Assembly: GCA_963751345.1 (NCBI GenBank)
Contig: CAVVUS010000049.1
Location: 1-64,000, forward strand
Length of the DNA: 64,000 bases
Origin: an uncultured Chloroflexia bacterium
Lineage (GTDB): Bacteria; Chloroflexota; Anaerolineae; B4-G1; SLSP01
Reading direction: 5' to 3'
The stretch's first letter is position 1, and each line of letters starts with the position of its first letter. Below the pieces are notes generated by a model. It made no database searches and was not told the DNA's origin. It saw only the letters and a list, made by a program, of their open reading frames with translations. Positions 42,765 to 53,172 of this stretch are shown here, piece after piece. The translations under genes were made by a program, and so were the position numbers.

Positions 42765-45665
42765 ATGAGTTCCGCTCCCTGCCCGCAGTGTGGGACGCAG
42801 AACCGAGCCGGTGCGCACTTCTGCGTCAAGTGCGGTGCGCCGTTGTCCCCCGCAGAGAGCGTGGGTGCGGCGGTATGTCCCAGATGTGGCGTCCCATTGC
42901 GACCCGGGGCTCAGTTCTGTCCTGCATGCGGTGTCAATCTCGTCTCTCCTCCTGGCCCCTCCCCCGGAGGCGGAGACGGTTTTTCCTCGCCCGGAGGGAA
43001 AGGAAATGCCACGGTCGTTGATCTAGGTGTGGGCGCTGAGCGCAGGCTTGTCGTCCGGTGGCCTCGCGGGCAGACCGAGGAGCATGTCCTCTCCGGTCCG
43101 ATCGTGAACGTGGGGCGGGCACCTGACAATGACATCATGCTCAACTTCCCCACGGTGTCGGGCCACCACTTGCGGCTCCAGATCCCGCCGGCAGGCAGCG
43201 CAGGGCAAGTCAACGTGACGGATCTCCACAGTACCAACGGCACGATGGTCAAGGGACGCACCATCGCGCCGGATGTCCCCTATCCGTGGCTGCCCGGTGA
43301 TGTCCTTCGGGTGGGGGACCTGCGCGGCAACTCGATCAGTATGGTGCTCGAGGGCGACCCGGCCCCGTCGCTGCATACCCATCCGTTGGGGATGCACCTG
43401 CTGGCACAGTATCCGAGTATCGTCATTGGACGCGACCCCTCCAGCCAGATCACGTTGGAGCATCCCACGGTCTCCCGGCGTCATGCCGAGATCGTGCGCC
43501 GGGACGGCGGGCGCCGCGATCACGGGCACGCGATCCGAGATCTGGGGAGCGCAAACGGTACTTTCGTGAACGGCCAACGGGTCACCACGGACTGGACCCC
43601 GCTCCGAATGGGAGACGTCATCCAGTTGGGGCCCTACAAGTTGGTCTATGACGGGCAGGCCGAGCGGTTGAGCACGTCCGTCAGTCAGGGCCACAGGTTG
43701 GATGCCATCAATCTTGGTGTCGAGGTGCCGGGCGGGCGGATGATCCTTCAGGACATCTCGATCTCGGTGCAGGGCAGTGAGTTTGCCGCCCTGGTCGGCG
43801 GAAGCGGCGCCGGCAAGAGCACATTGATGAAGGCGATGAACGGCTTCCATCAGGCCACCCAGGGACGGATGCTGATCGATGGTGAACCCCTCTACCCGAA
43901 CCTGGCCACGTACCGCATGCTGATGGGCTACGTTCCCCAGGATGATATCATCCATCGAATTCTGCCCGTGAACTTGGCGCTCTGGTATTCGGCGAAGCTG
44001 CGGCTCCCCGATGCCACCAGGGACGAGATTGACAGGCGCATCGATCACGTGCTCGATATGCTGGATCTCACCCCGCACCGCGAGAAGCCTGTCAGGGTGC
44101 TCAGTGGGGGACAGCGGAAGCGCGTGAGTATCGCCGCAGAGCTCCTGGCCGAGCCGGATCTGCTCTTCCTGGACGAGCCAACCTCCGGCTTGGATCCCGG
44201 TCTGGAGAAGAAGATGATGTACGACCTAAATCGGCTGGCCGACCAGGGACGTACGATTGTCCTCGTCACGCACGCCACGGCGAACATCGAGCAGTGCAAC
44301 CACGTAGCGTTCCTTGTCCAGGGACGCCTTGCGTATTACGGCCCGCCACAGGAGGCGATGTCGTTTTTCCAGGCGCGCGACTTCGCTGACATCTATCTCA
44401 AGTTGTCGGAGGACGTCGATGCGTCGGGAAGTGACGTACCGGCGGAGCTCCAACCCTATCTGCCGAGAGTCCGGGCGCATCTCGCCGGCAGTGGTGGATC
44501 GGGCAGCGGCGCCTCGGCCGCCTCGACCTTTCCTGCCGGGCTGTTGTGGTCCGAGCGATACCTGGACTCGCCTTACCAGAAGCAATATGTTGCCGACCGG
44601 CAGGCGGACCTGGATGTGCCGCGGCAGTCGTCCCCCGCAGCCCCGCCTGCCCGGCGAAGAGGCACCCGTGACTCAGCATTGAGACAGCTTGTGATCCTTG
44701 CACGCCGTCAGTTCGATCTCATCCGGCACGACGTCCGCACGCTCTTCATCCTCCTGTTGATGATGCCTCTGATCGGGCTGCTCTTCATGGCGGTCAGCGA
44801 CAAGAATGCGCTTGTGGGACAGCCTGTCACGGAGAGTAGCCTCAAGGCTGAACTCCTGGCGTCCCTCGGGCGGGCCAGTGAGGACGATCTGCAGGCGCAG
44901 GATGTCGACACCAAGATCCAGTACATCCCGCTCTCAGATGCCAACAACCTCGTGGTCATGTTGGGCCTCGCGCTGACACAGGCGGGCACCTTTGGTGCCG
45001 CGTACGAGATCGTCAAGGAGCGTGCCATCTTCCGGCGCGAGCGCGGGGTCAACCTTCGCGTGATTTCCTACGTGCTCGCAAAGGCGTTGGTCCTCGGCGT
45101 CTTTGCCGTCGTCCAGGTGGCAAGCGTGTTGATCGTGTTGGGGCTAAAACTCAACCTGAACGTCGAACCCATCTTCAGCATTTTCCCCTGGGGCACGATG
45201 GAGCTCTTCGTTACGCTGTTGATCGCCGTCTTTGCGAGCATTATGTTTGGCCTCTTCATCTCTGCGATCGTACCGGGGCCTGACGTCGTGCTCTATGTGA
45301 TCCTGGTGCAGCTCTTTACACAGATTATCCTATCGGGCACGCTGTTCCCCCTGGAGAACAACCCCGCCTCGAAGCTTGTGACGTCTTATTGGACGATGGA
45401 CGCGATGGGGGCGACGATCGACTTGAACCGGTTGAACCAGGAGGGCTTGGTCTGCAAGGTGTGGGAGCAGGACGTGCCCACGGCGCAGGGGGCGCTGGAA
45501 ACGCAGCGTGGCATCGCATGCGAATCGGCTGCCCGCGATGAGTTGGAGCTGTCCTACGAACACACAGGGTCGCATCTTGCGACGGCGTGGGGCGCGCTTG
45601 GCGTCCAGGCCCTCCTCTGGGGGATCGCAACGGTGATTGTACAGTCAAGGGTGAAAGGCGATTAG
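42765..45665 (+). CDS. Zinc ribbon-FHA-FHA-ABC ATPase-ABC2 permease (Rv1747-like exporter)
   Basis: Four CxxC; FHA motifs GRAPDND..VSGHH..STNG and GRDP..VSRRH..SANG; GGSGAGKST, LSGGQRKR, LFLDEP; EIVKERAIFRRE and hydrophobic helices. Confidence 0.92.
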   Translation: MSSAPCPQCGTQNRAGAHFCVKCGAPLSPAESVGAAVCPRCGVPLRPGAQFCPACGVNLVSPPGPSPGGGDGFSSPGGKGNATVVDLGVGAERRLVVRWPRGQTEEHVLSGPIVNVGRAPDNDIMLNFPTVSGHHLRLQIPPAGSAGQVNVTDLHSTNGTMVKGRTIAPDVPYPWLPGDVLRVGDLRGNSISMVLEGDPAPSLHTHPLGMHLLAQYPSIVIGRDPSSQITLEHPTVSRRHAEIVRRDGGRRDHGHAIRDLGSANGTFVNGQRVTTDWTPLRMGDVIQLGPYKLVYDGQAERLSTSVSQGHRLDAINLGVEVPGGRMILQDISISVQGSEFAALVGGSGAGKSTLMKAMNGFHQATQGRMLIDGEPLYPNLATYRMLMGYVPQDDIIHRILPVNLALWYSAKLRLPDATRDEIDRRIDHVLDMLDLTPHREKPVRVLSGGQRKRVSIAAELLAEPDLLFLDEPTSGLDPGLEKKMMYDLNRLADQGRTIVLVTHATANIEQCNHVAFLVQGRLAYYGPPQEAMSFFQARDFADIYLKLSEDVDASGSDVPAELQPYLPRVRAHLAGSGGSGSGASAASTFPAGLLWSERYLDSPYQKQYVADRQADLDVPRQSSPAAPPARRRGTRDSALRQLVILARRQFDLIRHDVRTLFILLLMMPLIGLLFMAVSDKNALVGQPVTESSLKAELLASLGRASEDDLQAQDVDTKIQYIPLSDANNLVVMLGLALTQAGTFGAAYEIVKERAIFRRERGVNLRVISYVLAKALVLGVFAVVQVASVLIVLGLKLNLNVEPIFSIFPWGTMELFVTLLIAVFASIMFGLFISAIVPGPDVVLYVILVQLFTQIILSGTLFPLENNPASKLVTSYWTMDAMGATIDLNRLNQEGLVCKVWEQDVPTAQGALETQRGIACESAARDELELSYEHTGSHLATAWGALGVQALLWGIATVIVQSRVKGD

Positions 45666-45667
45666 CT

Positions 45668-46351
45668 GTGACGAAACTACATCATACATCCATACCGTTT
45701 CGACCTTGGTGGCTGTTGGCCATGGTGGTGGTGCTGACCCTGGGGGCCGCCGGTTGCACCGAAGCACCACCGTCGACCGCCACCGCGCGCCCGGCGACGG
45801 TCACGCCGACGTCAACGCCTGCGACGACGCCGACGACCGCGCCGACCCCGACACCGCTCTTCACGCCGACGTCGACGCCCACCCCGACTCCGACTATGGC
45901 CCCGACCTCGACCCTACAGCCGACGTCAACCCCCACACTCACGCCAACGCCTCGGCCGCGGCCTACGGCACCCTCGCCCGAGGCGCTCGCGACACAGTAC
46001 CCCCAGTTGGCCCCCATTCTCAACAATCCTGAGGTAGCCGGCGCCTATAAGCAGCTCGCCGTGGCCTACGAGGAGGACGGGCAGCAGGGCGCCCTCGCGG
46101 TGGCGCAGCAGCAGGGGTTGGTCTCGCCGGAGGGCAACATCCGAGCCGACCTGGTGCTGGATACCAACGATACCGCGAGTACCGTGGCCCAGCTCGAGGC
46201 GATGGGCATCACGGTGGTTGGGACCCACGACAACGTGGTCCAGATTGCGGTGCCACCGGCACTCCTCATGTCGGGCGCCAATCAGCCCGGCGACCTTCTT
46301 AACCAGCTTTCGGGCCTGGAGCACGTCGTCGGCGTTCAGCCTCCGGGATGA
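45668..46351 (+). CDS. Lipoprotein: P/T linker + stand-alone subtilase-prodomain-like domain
   Basis: Lipobox AAGC; C-terminal ~120 aa align with the N-terminal prodomain of the S8 protein at 50715. Confidence 0.75.
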   Translation: MTKLHHTSIPFRPWWLLAMVVVLTLGAAGCTEAPPSTATARPATVTPTSTPATTPTTAPTPTPLFTPTSTPTPTPTMAPTSTLQPTSTPTLTPTPRPRPTAPSPEALATQYPQLAPILNNPEVAGAYKQLAVAYEEDGQQGALAVAQQQGLVSPEGNIRADLVLDTNDTASTVAQLEAMGITVVGTHDNVVQIAVPPALLMSGANQPGDLLNQLSGLEHVVGVQPPG

Positions 46352-46397
46352 CGGGCGCTGCGTAAGATCGTCGGCTCCCAGTCCGTCTGAATAGACT

Positions 46398-48257
46398 ATG
46401 AACCTCAGTCCTGGTGTGACATTGCAGAACCGTTACCGCATTGTCGCTCGGCTGGGCCAGGGCGGCATGGGTGCTGTGTATCGCGCGTGGGATACACGGC
46501 TGAATGTGGCTGTGGCACTCAAGGAGATGGTCCCCCAACCGGGACTCGATGCCCAGACACTGGCCCAGATGCGGGCACAGTTCAGACAGGAAGCCACCGT
46601 CCTGGCACGTCTGAATCATCCCCACTTGGTCAACGTGACCGACTTCTTCGAGGAGGAGGGCAAGGTCTACCTCGTGATGCGATTCATCGAGGGCGAGAGC
46701 CTCGCGAGTCGCATCGCCCGCGAGGGCCCGATCTCCGAGGCACAGGTTGTGGCTTGGGCGCGGCAGCTTCTCGACGCACTGGATTACTGCCACAGCCAGG
46801 GCGTCCTCCACCGTGACATCAAGCCGCAGAACATCATCATTCGCGCCGATGGTCAGGCGGTCTTTGTGGATTTTGGGTTGGTGAAACTGTGGAACCCCGA
46901 TGATCCCTACACGCGCACGGTGATGCGGGGCATGGGCACACCGGAGTATGCGCCACCCGAGCAGTACGGGACGCGCAGCCAGCACACGGATCCACGTTCG
47001 GACATCTACAGCCTCGGCGCCACGCTCTATCACGCGCTGACCGGACAGCTGCCCCTGAGCGCCACCGACCGGATGGCGACGCCGGAGCAATTCATGCCGC
47101 CCGGACGTCTGACCCAGGGCGTCAGCCCTGGTGTCGAGGCTGCCATCCTCAAGGCCATGGCGCTCACCATCGGCCAGCGCTTCGCGAGCGCTCGCGAGAT
47201 GTCGGAGGCGCTTGACGGCAGCCGACCCCCCATACCCACTGCCCAACAGCAAGGGCCTCATCTGTCCTTGCCGGGCGCGTGGTTATGGGCAGCAGGCGGT
47301 GTTGTCTTGTTGCTGTTCAGCGGGAGTGCCCTTCTCGCCGTTCGTGCTTTCTCACCCCACACCTCTCCTACGGCTACGCAATCGCCACACGCCACATCGG
47401 TTGTCGTCTCCGACGCCGCCGGCCGGACACCGACCGCGACACAAGCGTCGACGCCCTTGCTAACCCGGACGCCAGTCGTGCCGCCGACGCAGGGCGTGCC
47501 AACGATTGAGTCCACGCTGGTCGTCGTGGAACAGCCCTCTGCGACGCCGCTCCCCGCGTACGCGACGGCGACGCCACAGCCGGCAGCGACTGCGCCGCCT
47601 ACGCGGACGCCAACGCCGCTCGCGACCGCCACCGCGACGCCTCCCGCGACCGCTACATGGACGCCTACGCCAACATCGGTGCCCACGACGGCTTACGAAC
47701 AGGTACCTCTGGGCTCTGTGGCCAACGCGACACAGGGCTTCGTTTCTCCCCCAACCGGCGACGTCACACTTGGCGGTGTGCCCTTTAGCCTGACGGACCG
47801 GGTGTTCCAGAGTCAGGCGGAACCGGCGCCGCACGACGGATACCCAACGCGCGCTCATCTGGTAACGAGTCTGACGGGCGCTCAGCGCGTGCACTTGCTG
47901 ATCACGACCGGAAATGGGTTCAACGAATACATCAATCAGAAGGTGGGAGAGGTCTGGGCAGCCTGTGATGGCTACTCCTACCTACTCAGTGATCTGCGGC
48001 TGGGACAGGAGGTCCGCGAATGGCACGGCGAGCCGAACGTCGTGTCGACGATGACCCGGTCCCGGGAGGTGTGGGTGGGAGAGATCGCCGGTGCCGGGGT
48101 TCAGGGCCACATTGACTTACTGAGCCTCGATCTGCCGGACCAGTGCCGCAACGGTACTCTCCAGGGCATTGATCTCGTGGATACGTCGGTTCAGACTATC
48201 GGTTCTATGGACCCGGCTTTCAACCTCACCGGCGTCACGGTCGAGGTCTACCGGTAG
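46398..48257 (+). CDS. Receptor Ser/Thr kinase 3: kinase-TM-P/T linker-unknown beta-rich extracellular domain
   Basis: LGQGGMGAVY, ALKE, HRDIKPQN, DFG, GTPEYAPPEQY; TM WLWAAGGVVLLLFSGSALLAV. Confidence 0.9.
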   Translation: MNLSPGVTLQNRYRIVARLGQGGMGAVYRAWDTRLNVAVALKEMVPQPGLDAQTLAQMRAQFRQEATVLARLNHPHLVNVTDFFEEEGKVYLVMRFIEGESLASRIAREGPISEAQVVAWARQLLDALDYCHSQGVLHRDIKPQNIIIRADGQAVFVDFGLVKLWNPDDPYTRTVMRGMGTPEYAPPEQYGTRSQHTDPRSDIYSLGATLYHALTGQLPLSATDRMATPEQFMPPGRLTQGVSPGVEAAILKAMALTIGQRFASAREMSEALDGSRPPIPTAQQQGPHLSLPGAWLWAAGGVVLLLFSGSALLAVRAFSPHTSPTATQSPHATSVVVSDAAGRTPTATQASTPLLTRTPVVPPTQGVPTIESTLVVVEQPSATPLPAYATATPQPAATAPPTRTPTPLATATATPPATATWTPTPTSVPTTAYEQVPLGSVANATQGFVSPPTGDVTLGGVPFSLTDRVFQSQAEPAPHDGYPTRAHLVTSLTGAQRVHLLITTGNGFNEYINQKVGEVWAACDGYSYLLSDLRLGQEVREWHGEPNVVSTMTRSREVWVGEIAGAGVQGHIDLLSLDLPDQCRNGTLQGIDLVDTSVQTIGSMDPAFNLTGVTVEVYR

Positions 48258-49599
48258 TCAGGACGTCGAAAGGCGCATAAGTTGCCAGGATCGTGCCATC
48301 GTGATCGAGGGCCAGCCAGTTGGTGTGTCCCCATTCGGAGGGATGGCCGTCCAGCGCAAAGGGCGTGACCGCGACGACGCGAGGGTCCGCCAACCAGGGA
48401 ATCCACCCCTCTTCGGGATAGGCCGGGTAGCGCCCATGGTTGCCACGAAGGGTCAGGTCCAGGTACTCGGCAACCGTTGTCGCATCGGGCAGCGGGCGAG
48501 AGTCGTCGGTGGCATTGAGGTCGCTGGTCTCGGCGTGACGCCATCCCGTTTCGGTGATCATAACCGGAAGAGAGGGCGCGCCAAAGGTCGACAGCAAGAA
48601 GAGCTCCCACTCATAGCCGTTGACTCCGCGATTGAAGATCCCCGGCGGCGGAGCGATATGGGCCGGATTGGCGGCGCCGTTGATCATATCGATCCGGAAC
48701 GTCTGCTGCCAGGGGCCGTTGGTCAATGGCCCCGTGGGGTAGGAGTGGCTGGCCCAGAGGTCCAGATGCGAGAAGACGTCTGGATTGGCCTGGACCATCT
48801 CGTCGAGGAAGGTCTCCTCGTCCATATAGAGAAGCCCGTCGACGAAGGGCACGTTGCCCGTATGCGGCGTGTAGGGATCGAAGCCTGCATTCAGGATCCT
48901 GGCGCCTGGGTCGACCCCGTGGATGGCGTCGGCGACGGCGATGAGAAATCGGCCGTAGCCTGCGGGGTCGGGACGACCGCTCCACTCGTTGCCGTGGTTG
49001 GGCTCGTTGCCGACGATAACGTAGTGTGCGCCGGTCGGCCAGTCGAGACCGGAAATAAAGGCCGCGTAGCGTCCGGCGATGGCGGCGTAGCTTCCGTCGG
49101 GATCGGGGGACGGTGCATTCCACCAGCCGGCGATCCCATCGTAGGTGGTTGCGAGCCGGAGGATAGGCGTCAGGTGGAGGTTTCCGCAGAGGTCCATGAA
49201 GACCTGCCAGCGGGCCGTGTCGAGGTCGCTCTCGCGGATCAGTTCCGTGACGTATCCCCAGTCGCCGACAGCCTGCCGGGCGTAGGCCAGGTGCTCGGGC
49301 CACAGATCCACAGGCCAAGCGTTTCGCCCGTCGTCAAGGAGCAAATGGATGCCGAGTTTGGCCGTGGACGGGTCGGGCGTGTGCGTGGGGCTGGGGGACG
49401 GCGGGTGTGTCGCCGTTGGCGTTTCCTTGAAGCGCGACACCGGGCCGGGCGTGGGCGTGCCTCCGGGACGAAGCGTCATTGGCGGAACCGGACTGCCCGC
49501 AGGCATCAGCGCTTGCCAGGAACAGCCTATAATAAGCGCACACGCCAGGATGACTGTGCGGACCCGCTGCCATCGTTCAGCATCTCTGCGATCGGTCAC
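48235..49599 (-). CDS. Secreted/lipoprotein clan-A-like glycoside hydrolase
   Basis: Signal-like VILACALIIGC; IVGNEPNH, ASHSYP, VMITETGW (two putative catalytic Glu). Confidence 0.7.
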   Translation of the reverse strand: MTDRRDAERWQRVRTVILACALIIGCSWQALMPAGSPVPPMTLRPGGTPTPGPVSRFKETPTATHPPSPSPTHTPDPSTAKLGIHLLLDDGRNAWPVDLWPEHLAYARQAVGDWGYVTELIRESDLDTARWQVFMDLCGNLHLTPILRLATTYDGIAGWWNAPSPDPDGSYAAIAGRYAAFISGLDWPTGAHYVIVGNEPNHGNEWSGRPDPAGYGRFLIAVADAIHGVDPGARILNAGFDPYTPHTGNVPFVDGLLYMDEETFLDEMVQANPDVFSHLDLWASHSYPTGPLTNGPWQQTFRIDMINGAANPAHIAPPPGIFNRGVNGYEWELFLLSTFGAPSLPVMITETGWRHAETSDLNATDDSRPLPDATTVAEYLDLTLRGNHGRYPAYPEEGWIPWLADPRVVAVTPFALDGHPSEWGHTNWLALDHDGTILATYAPFDVLTTGRPRP

Positions 49600-49744
49600 G
49601 GCGTTCGATCCTTGTTGAGCTAGGCTGGCCTTTTCGCCCGTGATCTTATCTGGTTCCGGTCTGGTGGCAACGGCAGGCAGCCTGTTCTTCCGATGGTGGC
49701 ACGATTTCGGTCTCTGCGGGCCGACCTTATAGAGGAGCTGTCCT

Positions 49745-50688
49745 ATGAAGTGTTCGGTATGCGGTGCCGACAACCGCGACGACGTTCGATTCTGCCGGCG
49801 CTGTGGCAATGCATTGGTGGCACCTGCTGCCGGCGGGCCGGGCGAGCGCGTCGCTGCCGCACCGGCGTCGAGCAGTGGCCAACCGGGGCCGGGAATCACC
49901 TGTCCGGCGTGTGGGGCTATGGTCAGGGCGGGAACGCAGTTCTGTCCGCAGTGCGGCCATGCGATGCCCGGCCCTGCGCTCAACGTCGCGGAAGGTCACC
50001 AGGCCGGAGGGGACCTCCCTGAAGGGGCGTTGATCGAAACCGGTAGTCCAAGCACATCCTCGCCCCAGGGCGAGGCGCTGACCCCGGCGCTCCTGCGCCA
50101 AGGAGGAGATTTCGTCGGTGGCCGCTGTGGGTCGGGGGGACGGTCGGCTTTGCCGGTGTGGCAGTTCTCCTTGCCGTCGTATTGGTCCGTCTCCTGGGGG
50201 ACGGCTCGCCCCTCGCTGCACCGGAGCCTATGGTGACGGCGACTGCGGTATCGTCGACCGTATCCAGTGCCACGCCAACCCCCCAGGCAACCCCGACGAG
50301 TGCCGCGCCTGCTATGGCGCAACCTCCTGCGGGCGGGATATCCGATCAAGCGACGCCGCACGTTGAGCTCGATGCCATGCCCGATGTGCCGAGAGTGGGC
50401 GATACCTTTGTGCTCGCTGCCCTGCTGGTGGTGCCGCCAGGGATGGAGTCGCAGGCTCAGGAGTACACACTGATCGCGAATGGGGAGCCCCAGTTGAGCT
50501 ACCAGACAACGCCGCTGCTGAGTGGCCTGCAGGCCTTTGGTGCCCTCGATGGCTTCCCCGAGCTTCTGGTATTCGAGGCCGTTGAGGCCGGGTCCACGCA
50601 GGTACAGGTTCGTGTATCCGTCAAGGGGGCGGACGGGACCGTGGGGGAGGTGCTCTCGCCGGTGTTGGCGGTGACGGTGCAGGAGTGA
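49745..50688 (+). CDS. Double zinc ribbon-TM-P/T linker-Ig-like protein (frameshifted)
   Basis: GAGGAG RBS; CSVC..CRRC, CPAC..CPQC; TM and beta-rich tail in ORF 50158..50688. Confidence 0.65.
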
Positions 50689-50714
50689 CGTTATCTTAGT
50701 CGTTGGGGGAATAG

Positions 50715-53086
50715 ATGCGACGCAATCATACGATAGGCCTACTGATTGGGGGCGGGGTAGCTGCTTCTGGCTGTGGGGGCCGTGCTGACCGTGGGCTTCC
50801 TGCGGGGTAGGCGCAGGGCCTTTGTCCTCGGGGGGACACGTTCCACCGTTGGCGACCGTATCGGCAATACCGCTCGATGCGCCACCATCCATCGAGGATC
50901 TGGTGGACGAATATCCGGAGCTGGCCGCGATCCTGACCGATCCGGAACTCGGCACAGTGTACAAGGAATTCTTGGTTGCCTATCAGGAAGGCGGGATTGA
51001 TGCCGCCGCCGAGCTCGCGAAGGAGCGTGGCATCCTCGCGCCGGATGGGTCGCATCTGATGGTGACCCTGGTTCTGGATACAGAGGACTCCACCGCTCTC
51101 GTTGCCCAGTTGACGGGGGTGGGGGTTGAGGTGGTCAGTGCCTATCAGGACCGAGTGAATATCGCCGTCCCGGTTGCCCTGATCGAACAGGCGATGCAGT
51201 CCGAGGACATCGGCGCCGTGTTCGGGCGCCTGACGGAACTCGACCATGTGGTCGCCGTGCGCCTGCCGAGTCAACGCGGCTCCAACCAGCAGTCGGGTGG
51301 CACGGAGGGCATTGCCGTGGTCGGGGCGGATAAGTGGCACGAGGCCGGCTTCACCGGGGCGGGCGTACGGATCGGTGTGTTGGATCTCGGCTTTGCCGGA
51401 TACGAGAAGCTGTTGGGGACGGCGCTGCCCGACAATGTGGAGGTCGAGACCTTCGGATGGTATGACAGGGAGGAGGTTCACGGCGCTGCCTGTGCCGAAA
51501 TCGTCCACGAGGTGGCGCCCGATGCCGAGCTCTTCTTCGCGTGGTACGACGGCAGCGACGCCGCGATGGGCGAGGCTGTGGACTGGCTGATGTCACAGAA
51601 CGTCGACATCATCACGCATTCTGCAGGCGGTGTCATCAGCCCACGGGACGGTACAGGATGGGACGCGCAGCTTGTCGACCAGACGACGGCACAAGGCGTC
51701 CTGTGGGTGAATTCGGCGGGTAACGAGGCGGACGTTCACTATCGCGGTGTCTTCAAGGATTCGGATGGCGATGGCTTCACCGAGTTTCCCTCGGGCTCGC
51801 AGTTGCTGCCGATCTACACGAACGGCCGGGTTCGCGTTACCCTGGTCTGGCAGGATGACTGGGATCGACCAACGCAGGACTTCGAGTTGACGATCCTTAA
51901 CGGTGATGGGGACATTCTGGCCTCATCCGAGGATGCCCAGGATGGTGGACCGGGACAACAGCCTGCGGAATGGGTGAGCCTGACCACAAGCGAATCGGTG
52001 GTCTATGCCACAATGTATGCGTATGCTGCCGACCGCAACGTGACCTTCGACATCTTCGCCTCGGGACCGGGTGCTGAGATTGCCGACGCGGTGCCCGCCT
52101 ACAGTGTCAACTCCCCGGGGGACGCGGTCAGCGCGTTGACGGTCGGTGCGGTGGACTGGAACGACGATCAACTGGCCTACTACAGCTCGCAGGGGCCGAC
52201 GACCGACGAACGGCTGAAGCCCGATATCTCGGGTCCTACAGGTGTTTCGGGGGCGACATATGGCCGGCGGGGGTTCGACGGAACGTCAGCCTCCGCACCT
52301 CATGTCGCCGGGGTCGCGGCTCTGGTGTGGGCGGCCTATCCGGGCTTCAGTCGTGAGGACCTCGTCAACTACCTGCTGGATTCGGTGGTCGATCTCGGCC
52401 CTTCGGGTCCCGACACCGGCTATGGCTATGGCCGGCTCAACCTACCCGCACCGCCAAACGGCGTCATCGGGCAGCCGACCCCAACGCCATCTGCCGGCGT
52501 CTCCGGTGCACCGGGGCGTGCGACGGCAGTGCCGGGAGGCCTGGCCACGGCGACGCCCGTTGCTTTCACGACGCCGGAGCCTGTGGCTGCCAGCGCTGGC
52601 GGGGGGGCGGGCTCACTGCTCCTCGTCCTCCTGCTGTTGGGCGGGTTCGGGCTGGGGGGAGGCGGGCTGCTTCTGGTCGGCGGCATTCTGTTGATTGCGG
52701 ATCTTCGTTCGCGGAGTCGCCAACGGACGGCATCGGCTGCAGCACCGGTCGCCATTCGGCCACAGCCACAGGTACCTCGGCCGCAGGCGCCCTATCGTCC
52801 GGCGGTCAGTCCGCGGGTGGAGACGTTGAATCCGACGCAACCATGGCTGCCGACGGCGGATGCTCCCGACCGGCCGATGCAAATGCCGCCCGCATCGCAG
52901 GAGAACCCTCCGGTTTCGGCCGAGTATTGTCCTACGTGCGGGAGTGCCGTGCGGCAGGGAGCGCACTTCTGTGCGAAGTGTGGAGCGTCGCTGAGCACTC
53001 CGTCGCACCACAAGTTCTGCCGGTACTGCGGCGCACCGTTGGATGCAGATAGCCGTTTCTGTACCTCTTGTGGACGGCCCGTGTAG
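50715..53086 (+). CDS. Membrane-anchored S8 subtilase with C-terminal cytoplasmic double zinc ribbon (5' frameshifts)
   Basis: Triad motifs IGVLDLG, HGAACA, GTSASAPHVAG; NSAGN; TM LLLVLLLLGG..; CPTC..CAKC, CRYC..CTSC; signal-like MRRNHTIGLLIGGG at 50715. Confidence 0.88.
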
Positions 53087-53172
53087 ATCGATCGTGCCCT
53101 GTCGTGCCACTTGCACCACGGGTCAAAGCGTACTATCGTTAGAATGTCGCGTCAGCAAAGAGGAGGGGTGCA

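Noticed and set aside
45760-45965. ACGCCGAC-type low-complexity repeats (also 47560-47690)
   Set aside because: Ordinary Pro/Thr linker coding sequence
53111-53145. Internal promoter TTGCAC-17-TATCGT
   Set aside because: Match too weak to support without expression data
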